A stretch of DNA of 43,356 nt from Candidatus Woesearchaeota archaeon (GTDB lineage Archaea; Nanobdellota; Nanobdellia; Woesearchaeales; SKGA01). The translations under genes and the position numbers were made by a program. Below are positions 17,479 through 26,617 of this stretch, one piece after another. The first letter of the stretch is position 1, and every line of letters starts with the position of its first letter. The stretch lies in NCBI GenBank assembly GCA_016926395.1, contig JAFGOT010000017.1:1-43356 (forward strand), written 5' to 3'. The notes beneath the pieces were generated by a model, which did not search any database, was not told where the DNA came from, and saw nothing but the letters and a program-made list of their open reading frames with translations.

Positions 17479-18129
17479 CTACATTAATTTAACAGGATTA
17501 CTCATTGTTAATTTTACAAGAGCATCTTTAATATTGTGTCTTTCTTTAGGAAGATGATGTTCAATTTGATCATAAAAATACAATATATTTTCTGCTAATT
17601 TTTCATCATCCATATCCATCTTACCAACTGTTAATTGCATTACAGGAAATTTCTTTGCGCTAAATTTAACAGTTTTTTGTAATCGTTCATAAAGAGGAGC
17701 TAAAGCACCTTTTGGTGGAACAACACAACCAGCTTTAGGGTTAGGCATTTTTCCTCTTGGACCAAATACTCGACCAAAAGTTCCAGCTACAAGACCCATG
17801 ATGTTTGCTTGTGCAATAAAGAAATCATACTCATCAGCAAGTTTTTTAGAAGCAACCTTATCATTTTTATATTTTTCAAGGTCAGATTGAGTTAAAGCAA
17901 AATCACAAACTCTTTTTGCGTCTTCAGCTAACTCTCCACCAACAATTGCACAAACTTTAATTTTTTTGAAAGAGTTTGGAATAGTTGCGAAGAACTCAAC
18001 TTGCTCATCAGGATTTTTAAGATTCAAATCTTTTAAGTTTACAATTAATTCTACACTTTGGTTGAATTTTCTTTCTTTAGCTTCAGATCGAAGCTTTTTA
18101 AGTGCAGTCAATACTTCTTGTTTATTCAT
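17479..18129 (-). CDS. rpl1: 50S ribosomal protein L1
   Basis: RKFNQSVELIVNLKDLNLK, GRVFGPRGKMP, LTMS. Confidence 0.96.
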   Translation of the reverse strand: MNKQEVLTALKKLRSEAKERKFNQSVELIVNLKDLNLKNPDEQVEFFATIPNSFKKIKVCAIVGGELAEDAKRVCDFALTQSDLEKYKNDKVASKKLADEYDFFIAQANIMGLVAGTFGRVFGPRGKMPNPKAGCVVPPKGALAPLYERLQKTVKFSAKKFPVMQLTVGKMDMDDEKLAENILYFYDQIEHHLPKERHNIKDALVKLTMSNPVKLM

Positions 18130-18351
18130 CTTGAGTTTCCTCCGAATCTTCTACGTGGAAACGTAGTATGATGTGTTTTCTAAGCCCAATAACAATACAG
18201 AAAGAGTGGTAAACCAAACATTTCTGCGCTCATATTAAGCTTATTGCCGCGAAAAACCCGCCAACAACAGCGACCAACATTCTGGACACAGTTATTCGGT
18301 AGTCCGCAAGTGCGCATCTAACGATTCTAGAAAACAGGAAACACGATTTTG

Positions 18352-18359
18352 TTTATAAA
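18352..18359 (-). promoter_or_regulatory. Putative TATA box for the rpl1 operon, implying a ~200-nt leader
   Basis: TTTATAAA immediately after the double-ParB stop. SD GGAGG sits just upstream of the rpl1 ATG. Confidence 0.45.
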
Positions 18360-18361
18360 GC

Positions 18362-20575
18362 TTATCGTTTATATTCAATTCGACTATACTTGGCAGACAA
18401 ATCGACACTAAGGCCTCCATTTAGAGGTTTAATCTCTTTAATTAAGGTAGCCATAGTCATATAGACAGCTTTTCCCAAACCATTATCTAAAGGAGATTTA
18501 ATCCGAGAACGTTTTGAAGAATTATTAACAGAGTATTTAGAAGCATAAGAAACAAATGCATTAAATAAACCCAACAAATGGTTCTCAAATTGAGCTAAAG
18601 AAGTAGAATAAGAGTTTTTAGAATCATCAAACATAGACATCTGACTAATTCCTTTTTTAGCTAATTCTTGATTAGATATTTTTGTTTTTATAGATTTTTT
18701 AATTTTTTGAGGACTTTGCTGACCAACTAAAGAATTATACAAAACAGAAAATTGATCGTCAGGAGATAATTTGCTTGCTAGAAGAGCATTTGCTTTACTA
18801 AGAAGTTTTTTATCAACGCAGTATTGAAGTTCGTGTGGAAGACTAAGAAGAGCAAAAGCTTCACGCATTGTTTTTGGAGACTGAAGTGAACGATGAGTTT
18901 TAATAAAATCTTCTTGGCTATAATCCTCGCCTTGAATTTCTTTTTGGGATTTTATTAATTCATAATGAGAGTATAATTTTTTTGCACGCTCTAAAGGAGA
19001 ATCTTTTTCAGATAAATCCTCAATAGACTGAAGCAAACCAATATCGACTGCATCCAAATCATCTCGAATGTAAGCACTATAAGTTTTTAACTTGGCCATG
19101 TTGGCTGCTTTGAATCGACGATGACCATAGATAACTTCATAATCATAATTAGGATCATCATAAACTGGTTTTAATAGTCCTGGTTTTACTTGCCCAATTA
19201 AAGCCATCTCTTCTGCTAAATTTTCTAAAGATTCTGAATCATAAGTTGTTCTTACTTGACTGTCAGCCAAACGAATCCTATTTATTGGAACTTGAACTTC
19301 CTCGTCACCAATTGCTCTTAGAACTAAATCCCCATTTTGTTTACTGCCTTTCCGTTTAGACTTAATATAATCAAGATACGTTTTAGTGTCAGATTCATCT
19401 TCTTTAGTTAAGAAAGTATAAACAGCATTTTGTAATTTTTCAGGAGCATCACTTAAAGCAGACGAATACATGTCATAAAGTTGTTTTATAAAATCATTTT
19501 TAGATAAACCGCTGAATTTATTATCGGAAAAATCTTGAGTGAAATCACTTGAAATATCAAGAAGTTTTTTAAAGTTAGAAATATATTTTTTTATTTCATT
19601 TATTTTTTTAATAAAACGTGTGGAGTCATTAGATGTTGATTTTGTTTCTTTGAGTTGTTTCATATAAACAATAGAGTTACCAGATTCATCAGTATACCTA
19701 TCAGGATTGTTTTTTTCCTCAGCAAAGTTAATTAGATAAGAATTGAATTTGGTTCTTGACATTGGTTGCAATTGAGCAACATCATCAACACTAATATGAA
19801 AATCTTCTTTTTTGGATTTAATGTCAGAAAGGGCTTTTTTATTTTCTTCATCTTTTGCCAACTGTTTTTTTAGAAAATCAAAGAATTCAATTTGAGCATC
19901 AGGTTCAATAATTTTCTTAGATATTGCAACACCCTTTGAGAATAATCTTTGCTTAGGATGAGTTTTAATAAATTCTTTAATTAAATCAGGAAGTGCATTA
20001 AAAGTTCTATAATTGGAAACAGTATCAGGGGATCTTGATAATATTTGACCTATCGCTTTATTTGTTAAAGGAATTGGAGAATCTAAATGAAGAACATTAT
20101 AATTTCTAATATACCCTTCAAGTTCATTTGTCCAGGCTGCTAAATCAGGAGCAGAAATTTCTTCTTTTAATGCATTTAAGGAAACAACCAAACGCTCTTT
20201 AACTGCTAAAGGAAGATTATAAAATATTTTCACAGGAACATAATCCACGCCAAGAATATATGAAGCCCCAGTTCTTCTTCGACCATCAATCATCTCCCAT
20301 TTATCATTATCAGAATCATAATGTAAAGTTATTGGTTCTAAAAGACCGTATTCTTCTAATGACTTTGCTAAATCCTGCAACCCAGAAAGAGATCTTTTTA
20401 CATAGTTGGTTAAATCAAATTCATCAACAATCTTAGATAATGGATATGCTGAAACAGTTCGAGAAAGATGTTTAGCACCAGAAATGTTTTCGGGAAGAGA
20501 AGTGACTTCATTCATTATTGCTTCTAGGTCCCTCTTTTTTGTATGCACGCCCCCGTCTGCAATGTTTGTCTCCAT
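18362..20575 (-). CDS. Tandem double ParB protein (two ParB nucleotide-binding plus HTH modules)
   Basis: Module 1: GLLEPI, IDGRRR, then HTH IGQILSRSPDTVSNY..FNALP. Module 2: GQVKPG, IYGHRRFKA, IEDLSEKDSPLERA, then HTH with LLSLPHELQ..V.KKLLS. Confidence 0.85.
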   Translation of the reverse strand: METNIADGGVHTKKRDLEAIMNEVTSLPENISGAKHLSRTVSAYPLSKIVDEFDLTNYVKRSLSGLQDLAKSLEEYGLLEPITLHYDSDNDKWEMIDGRRRTGASYILGVDYVPVKIFYNLPLAVKERLVVSLNALKEEISAPDLAAWTNELEGYIRNYNVLHLDSPIPLTNKAIGQILSRSPDTVSNYRTFNALPDLIKEFIKTHPKQRLFSKGVAISKKIIEPDAQIEFFDFLKKQLAKDEENKKALSDIKSKKEDFHISVDDVAQLQPMSRTKFNSYLINFAEEKNNPDRYTDESGNSIVYMKQLKETKSTSNDSTRFIKKINEIKKYISNFKKLLDISSDFTQDFSDNKFSGLSKNDFIKQLYDMYSSALSDAPEKLQNAVYTFLTKEDESDTKTYLDYIKSKRKGSKQNGDLVLRAIGDEEVQVPINRIRLADSQVRTTYDSESLENLAEEMALIGQVKPGLLKPVYDDPNYDYEVIYGHRRFKAANMAKLKTYSAYIRDDLDAVDIGLLQSIEDLSEKDSPLERAKKLYSHYELIKSQKEIQGEDYSQEDFIKTHRSLQSPKTMREAFALLSLPHELQYCVDKKLLSKANALLASKLSPDDQFSVLYNSLVGQQSPQKIKKSIKTKISNQELAKKGISQMSMFDDSKNSYSTSLAQFENHLLGLFNAFVSYASKYSVNNSSKRSRIKSPLDNGLGKAVYMTMATLIKEIKPLNGGLSVDLSAKYSRIEYKR

Positions 20576-20716
20576 ACCCTTGTTTGGAGTTAAAAGAGAG
20601 CTTTCTTTTAAGTTTAACGAATAGAATTGGTGTTTTGTTATTACTTTTCAGTAGTGTAAAAACGAAAAGTATATAAATAGAACCAGCTGACAACACAGTA
20701 TAAGGGGGTAGCTTAA

Positions 20717-21040
20717 ATGATTAGAAAAATTACTGAGTACGATGGTCAAAAAGCAGACATCGATAATAGACTATACACAAGAGTTGATTTTGAAGATAAA
20801 ACATTTCTTGTTAACGTAGCACTAGAAAGAGTATACAAATTAATGGGCAAAAACTCTGTAAATTCAGGCAATCAAGGTTATAATGTGGCATTAGTGAATA
20901 ATCCTGGAACAATACAAAAAGCAATGGTTCATGCTAGAATTGAAGATTGCAAAACAACAAATCTTAACACCACAAAAGATGACTCGTTTGGGGAAGAAAC
21001 TATCGAAAGCCTTTTAGAGTATAACACATTAACGTATTAA
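20717..21040 (+). CDS. Hypothetical protein (107 aa)
   Basis: ATG ORF divergent from the ParB gene with GGGGT upstream. No motif recognised. Confidence 0.65.
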   Translation: MIRKITEYDGQKADIDNRLYTRVDFEDKTFLVNVALERVYKLMGKNSVNSGNQGYNVALVNNPGTIQKAMVHARIEDCKTTNLNTTKDDSFGEETIESLLEYNTLTY

Positions 21041-21042
21041 CG

Positions 21043-21729
21043 ATGATGGAAGAAAATAATGAAATTCAATACACATATCAAGATTTTCTAGATGCATTAA
21101 GCGCAAGAGATTTTAAACTAGCTGAAAAAATCAGTTTAGAAATAGGTCAAGAAATACCCATAGAATATCTTGATGATTTAGTTCATGAATTAAACACAGA
21201 TATTGCAGATGAAATCACATTAACACAAACAACAGAAAAAACAGCTGAACCAACATACGATAAAATATATATAACAAATCAAACGACTCAAGAAGAACTA
21301 TTAAAATACATTTCTAACAACGCAAAAAACAAACAATATAGTGTAGTAATATTCACAGAAACACCAAAATTCAAAAACTATGTTCTAGCAAGAGAAGATG
21401 CATTTTCATATTATAATTTTAAGGATCCTAAGGAAGCAGAAGGAGTTAAAGATTTATACAACTCAATAAGCTACATAGCAAGAGGTGCATTTAATAATAG
21501 ATTTGCTGCAGTAATGCAAGAGACCACAAAAACAATAAAATACCACCTTCTAAAAAGCGTAAAAGATAAGGATGACTGCATAAGACCTGAACTTCCACGT
21601 TTAGAAGAGAAAGATGTTTCTATAGATGAAAAATTAGAACTAATAATAGAAGAAGGAAACTTTGAAAAACCAGGATTGCTTTTACCAGAAAAAAATTATG
21701 ACTGGAAATTAGCAATCACAAAAAAATAA
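21043..21729 (+). CDS. Hypothetical protein (228 aa)
   Basis: Starts 2 nt after the previous stop. Acidic, no motif recognised. Confidence 0.7.
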   Translation: MMEENNEIQYTYQDFLDALSARDFKLAEKISLEIGQEIPIEYLDDLVHELNTDIADEITLTQTTEKTAEPTYDKIYITNQTTQEELLKYISNNAKNKQYSVVIFTETPKFKNYVLAREDAFSYYNFKDPKEAEGVKDLYNSISYIARGAFNNRFAAVMQETTKTIKYHLLKSVKDKDDCIRPELPRLEEKDVSIDEKLELIIEEGNFEKPGLLLPEKNYDWKLAITKK

Positions 21730-21735
21730 AAAAAA

Positions 21736-23355
21736 TTAATATTTCTTTGCAGCACCAACAAGACCTACAAATAAAGGAGCAGGTTTTTGTAGACTACTTT
21801 TTAATTCAGGGTGAGCTTGAGTTGCCATAAAAAATTTATGAGTTGGCAATTCAATAAATTCTGCTAAACGACCATCAGGAGACAGACCGGAAATTTTCAA
21901 ACCTGCCTCAATTAATTCTTTGTGATATTTAGGATTAACTTCATATCGATGACGGTGACGTTCAGAAACAGTCAAAAGAGAATTACGAACTCCAAGACCA
22001 GCAGAATCATAAATCTTCTCAGCCAAAGAACCACCACTCAAAATTGCAGGATATGCACCTAATCTTAAAGTACCTCCAAGATCAGTAACATTTTTTTGAT
22101 CAGGCAAAATATCCACAATAGGAGTTGTTGTATCAGGATTAACTTCAGTGGTGTGAGCATCAGGATGACCACAAACATTTCGCATCAATTCAATAACAGC
22201 TAACTGCAATCCATAACACAATCCAAGATAAGGAATATTATTTTCTCTACAATAACGAACCGCATTAATCTTGCCTTCAATCCCTCGAGAACCAAAACCA
22301 CCAGGCACGATGACTGCATCAATATCAGAGAGCAGGGATTTGGCCGACTGCACATCAACAACGTTTTCAGTATCAACAAATTTTATTTCAACAGAAGTAT
22401 CATGATATGCCCCTGCATGATGCAGTGCTTCAACAACACTAGCATAACTATCTTCTAAAGCAGTATATTTTCCACAAATAGCAACAGTGGTTTTTTTAGT
22501 TGGAAATAAAATAGAATTAACTCGTTTTGTCCAATCAGTTAAATCAGGTTTTGCATCAAGACCCAAAGTGTTTTTTATTACAGTCAAAATATCTTGTTCA
22601 TAAAATCCCTTAGGAATAGAATATACAGAAGTTACATCAGGAGCCCCAATTACAGCGTTTTGAGGAACATTACAAAACATAGAAATTTTTCTTTTTATAC
22701 TATCAGAAACTTGTTCTCGCGATCTACATAAAATAGCGTCAGGACTAATACCTCGTTGCATAAGTAACGATACAGACTGCTGAGTGGGTTTGGATTTTTG
22801 CTCATTAACACCACCAGGAATAGGAATATAAGTTAAATGAACAAACATGACATTTTCTTTACCTAATTCCGAGCGTAAAGACCTTGCCGCTTCAAGATAT
22901 AACTCATTCTCCATATCACCAACAGTCCCGCCAATTTCAACTAAAGCCACGTCAGCATCTTGAGATTTGGCGACTTCTTTCCACCAATCAACAATATGGC
23001 CTGAAGCATGAGGAACAAGTTGAACTGTTTTTCCAAGAAACTCCCCTTTACGCTCTTTTTCGTAAAGTTCGTGAAAAACTTTACCCATTGTAAGATTCTG
23101 ACGACCATTACAAGTAGTATTAAGAAAACGTTCATAATGACCAAAATCCATATCTACCTCAGTACCATCATCAAGAACAAAAACTTCTCCGTGTTCAATA
23201 GGATTCATAGTCCCAGGATCAACATTTAGATATCCATCGCATTTGATTGGAACTACCTTATAATCATAAGATAATAAATGACCTATAGAAGCCGCAGCTA
23301 CACCCTTACCTAATCCAGAAAGAACTCCACCCGTTACCACAATGTACTTAACCAT
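21736..23355 (-). CDS. pyrG: CTP synthase
   Basis: VTGGVLSGLGKG, DGYLNVDPGTM, GGTVGD, KSKPTQ, GLCYGLQ, RHRHRYEVN, QAHPE. Confidence 0.98.
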   Translation of the reverse strand: MVKYIVVTGGVLSGLGKGVAAASIGHLLSYDYKVVPIKCDGYLNVDPGTMNPIEHGEVFVLDDGTEVDMDFGHYERFLNTTCNGRQNLTMGKVFHELYEKERKGEFLGKTVQLVPHASGHIVDWWKEVAKSQDADVALVEIGGTVGDMENELYLEAARSLRSELGKENVMFVHLTYIPIPGGVNEQKSKPTQQSVSLLMQRGISPDAILCRSREQVSDSIKRKISMFCNVPQNAVIGAPDVTSVYSIPKGFYEQDILTVIKNTLGLDAKPDLTDWTKRVNSILFPTKKTTVAICGKYTALEDSYASVVEALHHAGAYHDTSVEIKFVDTENVVDVQSAKSLLSDIDAVIVPGGFGSRGIEGKINAVRYCRENNIPYLGLCYGLQLAVIELMRNVCGHPDAHTTEVNPDTTTPIVDILPDQKNVTDLGGTLRLGAYPAILSGGSLAEKIYDSAGLGVRNSLLTVSERHRHRYEVNPKYHKELIEAGLKISGLSPDGRLAEFIELPTHKFFMATQAHPELKSSLQKPAPLFVGLVGAAKKY

Positions 23356-23449
23356 TATGGGATTATAATTCGGGAGGGGAAGTATATAAGTATTGTTCTT
23401 TTCTAGAATATAGGTAAGTTTTTATTTAAAAGAGAAATTAGAAATCAAC

Positions 23450-24907
23450 ATGGAGTACAAAGAATTAATTAAAAAATTGTCAAGTAGCGAAGGTGAAGAA
23501 GCTTCAAAGATAATGAAAGAACTAGGGCAATTTCTAACAAAATGCACTCCAGGACAAAGAACAACATTTTCTGCTGAATGCATAAGTGCAATTCCTAAAG
23601 CAAATGAAAAAAGAAAAGGTTCACTAGGATTCTTAATAGCATTAGCGAACATAAATAGAGAATTGATAACAGACTTACTACGCTCTGAGTCACCAATAAT
23701 TAGAGAACAAACAATTAAAGGTTTACTTCACCAAGGAGAAGAATACATTTTAGAATTAGAAACTAGGCTGAAAGAAGAGAAACTATATCGAATAAAAAAA
23801 TGGATTTTATTAACTCTTGGAAATGTTGGGACAAAAAAAGCAATTAAAATAATTGAAGAAGCCAAAATAGAGCCTCAAATATTCTCTACAAAAGAAAAAA
23901 TATTATCACAATTCAAACAAGAAAAAAAACACAATCAAAAAATTACAGGAAAAGGAGGGCTAATGTTAGTTCAGACAGTGATGGGCGCAGAAGAAAGTTT
24001 TTTAGAACATTATGATTTAAGAGGAGTAAGATTTGGAGGGGGAATTATTCAATTAGATGGAGAATTTGAATTTGATGATTTTGCAAAAAATAGAAGCATA
24101 TTTCACTACGGAGTATTTCTTGGAAGATTAAACGAAATAGAAAATGTAGTCAAAAAAAGATTTGGAGAAAAAGAACAATATTGTGTTGAATACACAAATG
24201 AAATCCATGGTGAAAAAGAAAGACTTAGTGAATTTCAAGCAGAACTATCAAAACAAGGCTTCGAATATAATTCTAAAGCACCACTAATATTAAGACTGTT
24301 GAATGAAGATGAAGGAATGCTTCTAATTAAACCACTAATCAAAGAAAATTTAGAATATTTACCTGCAAGCATAAATCGTGTTGTTGCAAGTGTTGTTAAT
24401 TTAGTCTCTGAGAATGAACACGGCAAAGCAAACATAATTCTAGACCCTTGTTGTGGAAGCGCCACATTATTATGTGAGCACCACGCAATGAGCGAACAGA
24501 GAACAGCGACAAAAAATAAATCTAGAGACGAACATGTAAAAAAGTATGTTGGAATAGATAAAGATAAAGAAGCAATAGAAAAAGCTAAGAAAAATTCAGA
24601 AGAATATAAATTAAAAATTGAACTTCACAATAAGAAATTTCAAGAAGTTTTACCAACACGAGCAGCAGATTTAGTTTTTTGTAACCCTCCATTTGACATT
24701 AGAATTAAAGAATACTTTGATTATAATGAACTAGTTAAATTTATTTCTAGAAACACAACAAAAAACATGACAGCAATTATTTATACAGTTAAAAAACAAG
24801 ATTTAAGAGACGCTTGCGAAAACAATAATTTAGAAATAATCAAAGAGATAAAATTAAAACTTAAAAAAATAAGTCCAAGTATTTTTATTATTAAAAAATT
24901 AAATTAG
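23450..24907 (+). CDS. Class I SAM-dependent methyltransferase (Trm11/Trm14/RlmL-like) with N-terminal HEAT-like repeats
   Basis: ILDPCCGSATL, GIDKD and CNPPF motifs. The N-terminus has helical repeats (PIIREQTIKGL, WILLTLGNVG). Confidence 0.75.
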   Translation: MEYKELIKKLSSSEGEEASKIMKELGQFLTKCTPGQRTTFSAECISAIPKANEKRKGSLGFLIALANINRELITDLLRSESPIIREQTIKGLLHQGEEYILELETRLKEEKLYRIKKWILLTLGNVGTKKAIKIIEEAKIEPQIFSTKEKILSQFKQEKKHNQKITGKGGLMLVQTVMGAEESFLEHYDLRGVRFGGGIIQLDGEFEFDDFAKNRSIFHYGVFLGRLNEIENVVKKRFGEKEQYCVEYTNEIHGEKERLSEFQAELSKQGFEYNSKAPLILRLLNEDEGMLLIKPLIKENLEYLPASINRVVASVVNLVSENEHGKANIILDPCCGSATLLCEHHAMSEQRTATKNKSRDEHVKKYVGIDKDKEAIEKAKKNSEEYKLKIELHNKKFQEVLPTRAADLVFCNPPFDIRIKEYFDYNELVKFISRNTTKNMTAIIYTVKKQDLRDACENNNLEIIKEIKLKLKKISPSIFIIKKLN

Positions 24908-25814
24908 CAGAAACACCAAGTGAATCTCCTGCTTTAATGGATGTTTCTAAACCAAGTTTAGTATTGTTAATTAAATCAATATCGAAAATAACTTTATTTT
25001 TTTCGAAAAATAATAAAATGGTAGATCCACCAAATTGGAAGTAACCTTTTTCTTCACCTTTACTAAATCGTCTTCCAAAAAATGTTTGAACAATAGAACC
25101 AACCATCGTTGCCCCAACTTCACAATAAGCAACATCCCCAAACACATCAGAATGAAGAATAGAATATGAACGCTTATTCTCACAAAATATTCTGGCACGC
25201 TTCCTTAACGCGATTGGAGAAACAGAATAATAAGACCCAGAAATATGATGGGAAGAAATTAAATTTCCTGAAAACGGAAAATGAAAACGATGATAATTAC
25301 TTGGCGCTAGACAAATAATACAAAAAGAACCACTCAAAAATCGTTCAGCCAATTTTTTATTTTTAAAAAAACTAGCCAAAGAAAATCTTTGACCTTTAAC
25401 ATAAAAAGAATTAAAATTGTAAGTTTTATCAAAAGCCAAAATTTTACCATCACAAGGAGAAACAAGTAAGTTCTCAGAAGAGGAAAAATCACGAGCATCT
25501 TGATTTAGCTTTCTAGTAAAAAAATCATTAAAAGAATTAAACAACTTATATGATAAAAAAGAATCAGACATATCAACATCATATGAATCAATAAAAGGTT
25601 TAATCTTTTTTCTTGAAGAGTATTTATCCATTAAATTTCCATAGAAAGAAGAAAGAAACTTTCTTTTAACTAAAACAAACAAACTTAGTCGTCCAAAGGG
25701 TTTATAGTAAAGCCATTTCAAATAACTAAAAGAAGGAGAATATTCCTCTTCTAGAAGACCAGATTGCCTATTAATGTAAGAAATAAAATTCTTTTTTGAA
25801 CTAACCTTGACCAC
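24891..25814 (-). CDS. psd: Phosphatidylserine decarboxylase proenzyme (long bacterial/Psd2-type)
   Basis: FNDFFTRKL, SPCDG, LAP.NYHRFH, VGATMVGSI and the self-cleavage motif FQFGGST. GTG start. Confidence 0.92.
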   Translation of the reverse strand: MVKVSSKKNFISYINRQSGLLEEEYSPSFSYLKWLYYKPFGRLSLFVLVKRKFLSSFYGNLMDKYSSRKKIKPFIDSYDVDMSDSFLSYKLFNSFNDFFTRKLNQDARDFSSSENLLVSPCDGKILAFDKTYNFNSFYVKGQRFSLASFFKNKKLAERFLSGSFCIICLAPSNYHRFHFPFSGNLISSHHISGSYYSVSPIALRKRARIFCENKRSYSILHSDVFGDVAYCEVGATMVGSIVQTFFGRRFSKGEEKGYFQFGGSTILLFFEKNKVIFDIDLINNTKLGLETSIKAGDSLGVSANLIF

Positions 25815-25879
25815 AAATACAACGGAAGAGAAGATTGTTTAAAATAGTTTGTGTAAAAAGAAAAATTATTTTTTAGCAA

Positions 25880-26617
25880 CTAATGTCTGGAATTCTCAAA
25901 ACGCTCAAAAGCAGAAAAAAGTTCTTTTCTAGTCGGCTTAATCAAAGATATTTTTTCAAAACGAAGACGTTTAGCATTTTTTAGAATAGAATAATCGTTT
26001 AACTCAACTGGACGTCGATACTCTCTTGTTTTATAACGATCTAGATTAATATTTTGTGATTTGTAGACCATACTAAGAATTTTTCTTTTTAATGCTTTTT
26101 CTTCAGCAGTAGGTTTTACAACTTTGAAATCAGCAACAGAAGGAATTTCATATTTTCTTTTACGAACAAGATTATTGGAATATTCGATTAACTCAGCACC
26201 AACAGCTTTAGCAACAAACCACGCACAAAAACGAACAACATCATGATCAGGATGATTACCCTCATAACAAAGAGTGTGAATTGTTTTTATCTTGTGTTCA
26301 TGAGCATACATTATCAAAGAATCAACGATAAAAGGAATGTGATTTTGTGTTTCTTGATCATTAACACCTAAAAACTTTATATCAGATTCATCAACTCCCA
26401 GAACAATTCCTGAAATTTTTGTTTCTGCTTCTCGAATCTTCATATAATGTTCTCTTGAAACATAACCCTTGTTTAAAAAGAACTCCTCACCATAACGAGG
26501 ACCGCCATTTGTAATAACAACTAAATGTGAATCAGATGCATTTCGCATAACACTAATCCCCATACTAATTATTTCATCATCCATATGAGGTACTAAGTAA
26601 AGGTGTTTATTCGCCAT
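25880..26617 (-). CDS. PIG-L/LmbE family deacetylase
   Basis: VPHMDDE, R..E, NHPDH metal motifs. Confidence 0.88.
   Translation of the reverse strand: MANKHLYLVPHMDDEIISMGISVMRNASDSHLVVITNGGPRYGEEFFLNKGYVSREHYMKIREAETKISGIVLGVDESDIKFLGVNDQETQNHIPFIVDSLIMYAHEHKIKTIHTLCYEGNHPDHDVVRFCAWFVAKAVGAELIEYSNNLVRKRKYEIPSVADFKVVKPTAEEKALKRKILSMVYKSQNINLDRYKTREYRRPVELNDYSILKNAKRLRFEKISLIKPTRKELFSAFERFENSRH

Noticed and set aside
18362-23355. Functional link between the CTP-using ParB and nearby pyrG
   Set aside because: They are separated by two divergent ORFs. Proximity alone is not evidence.
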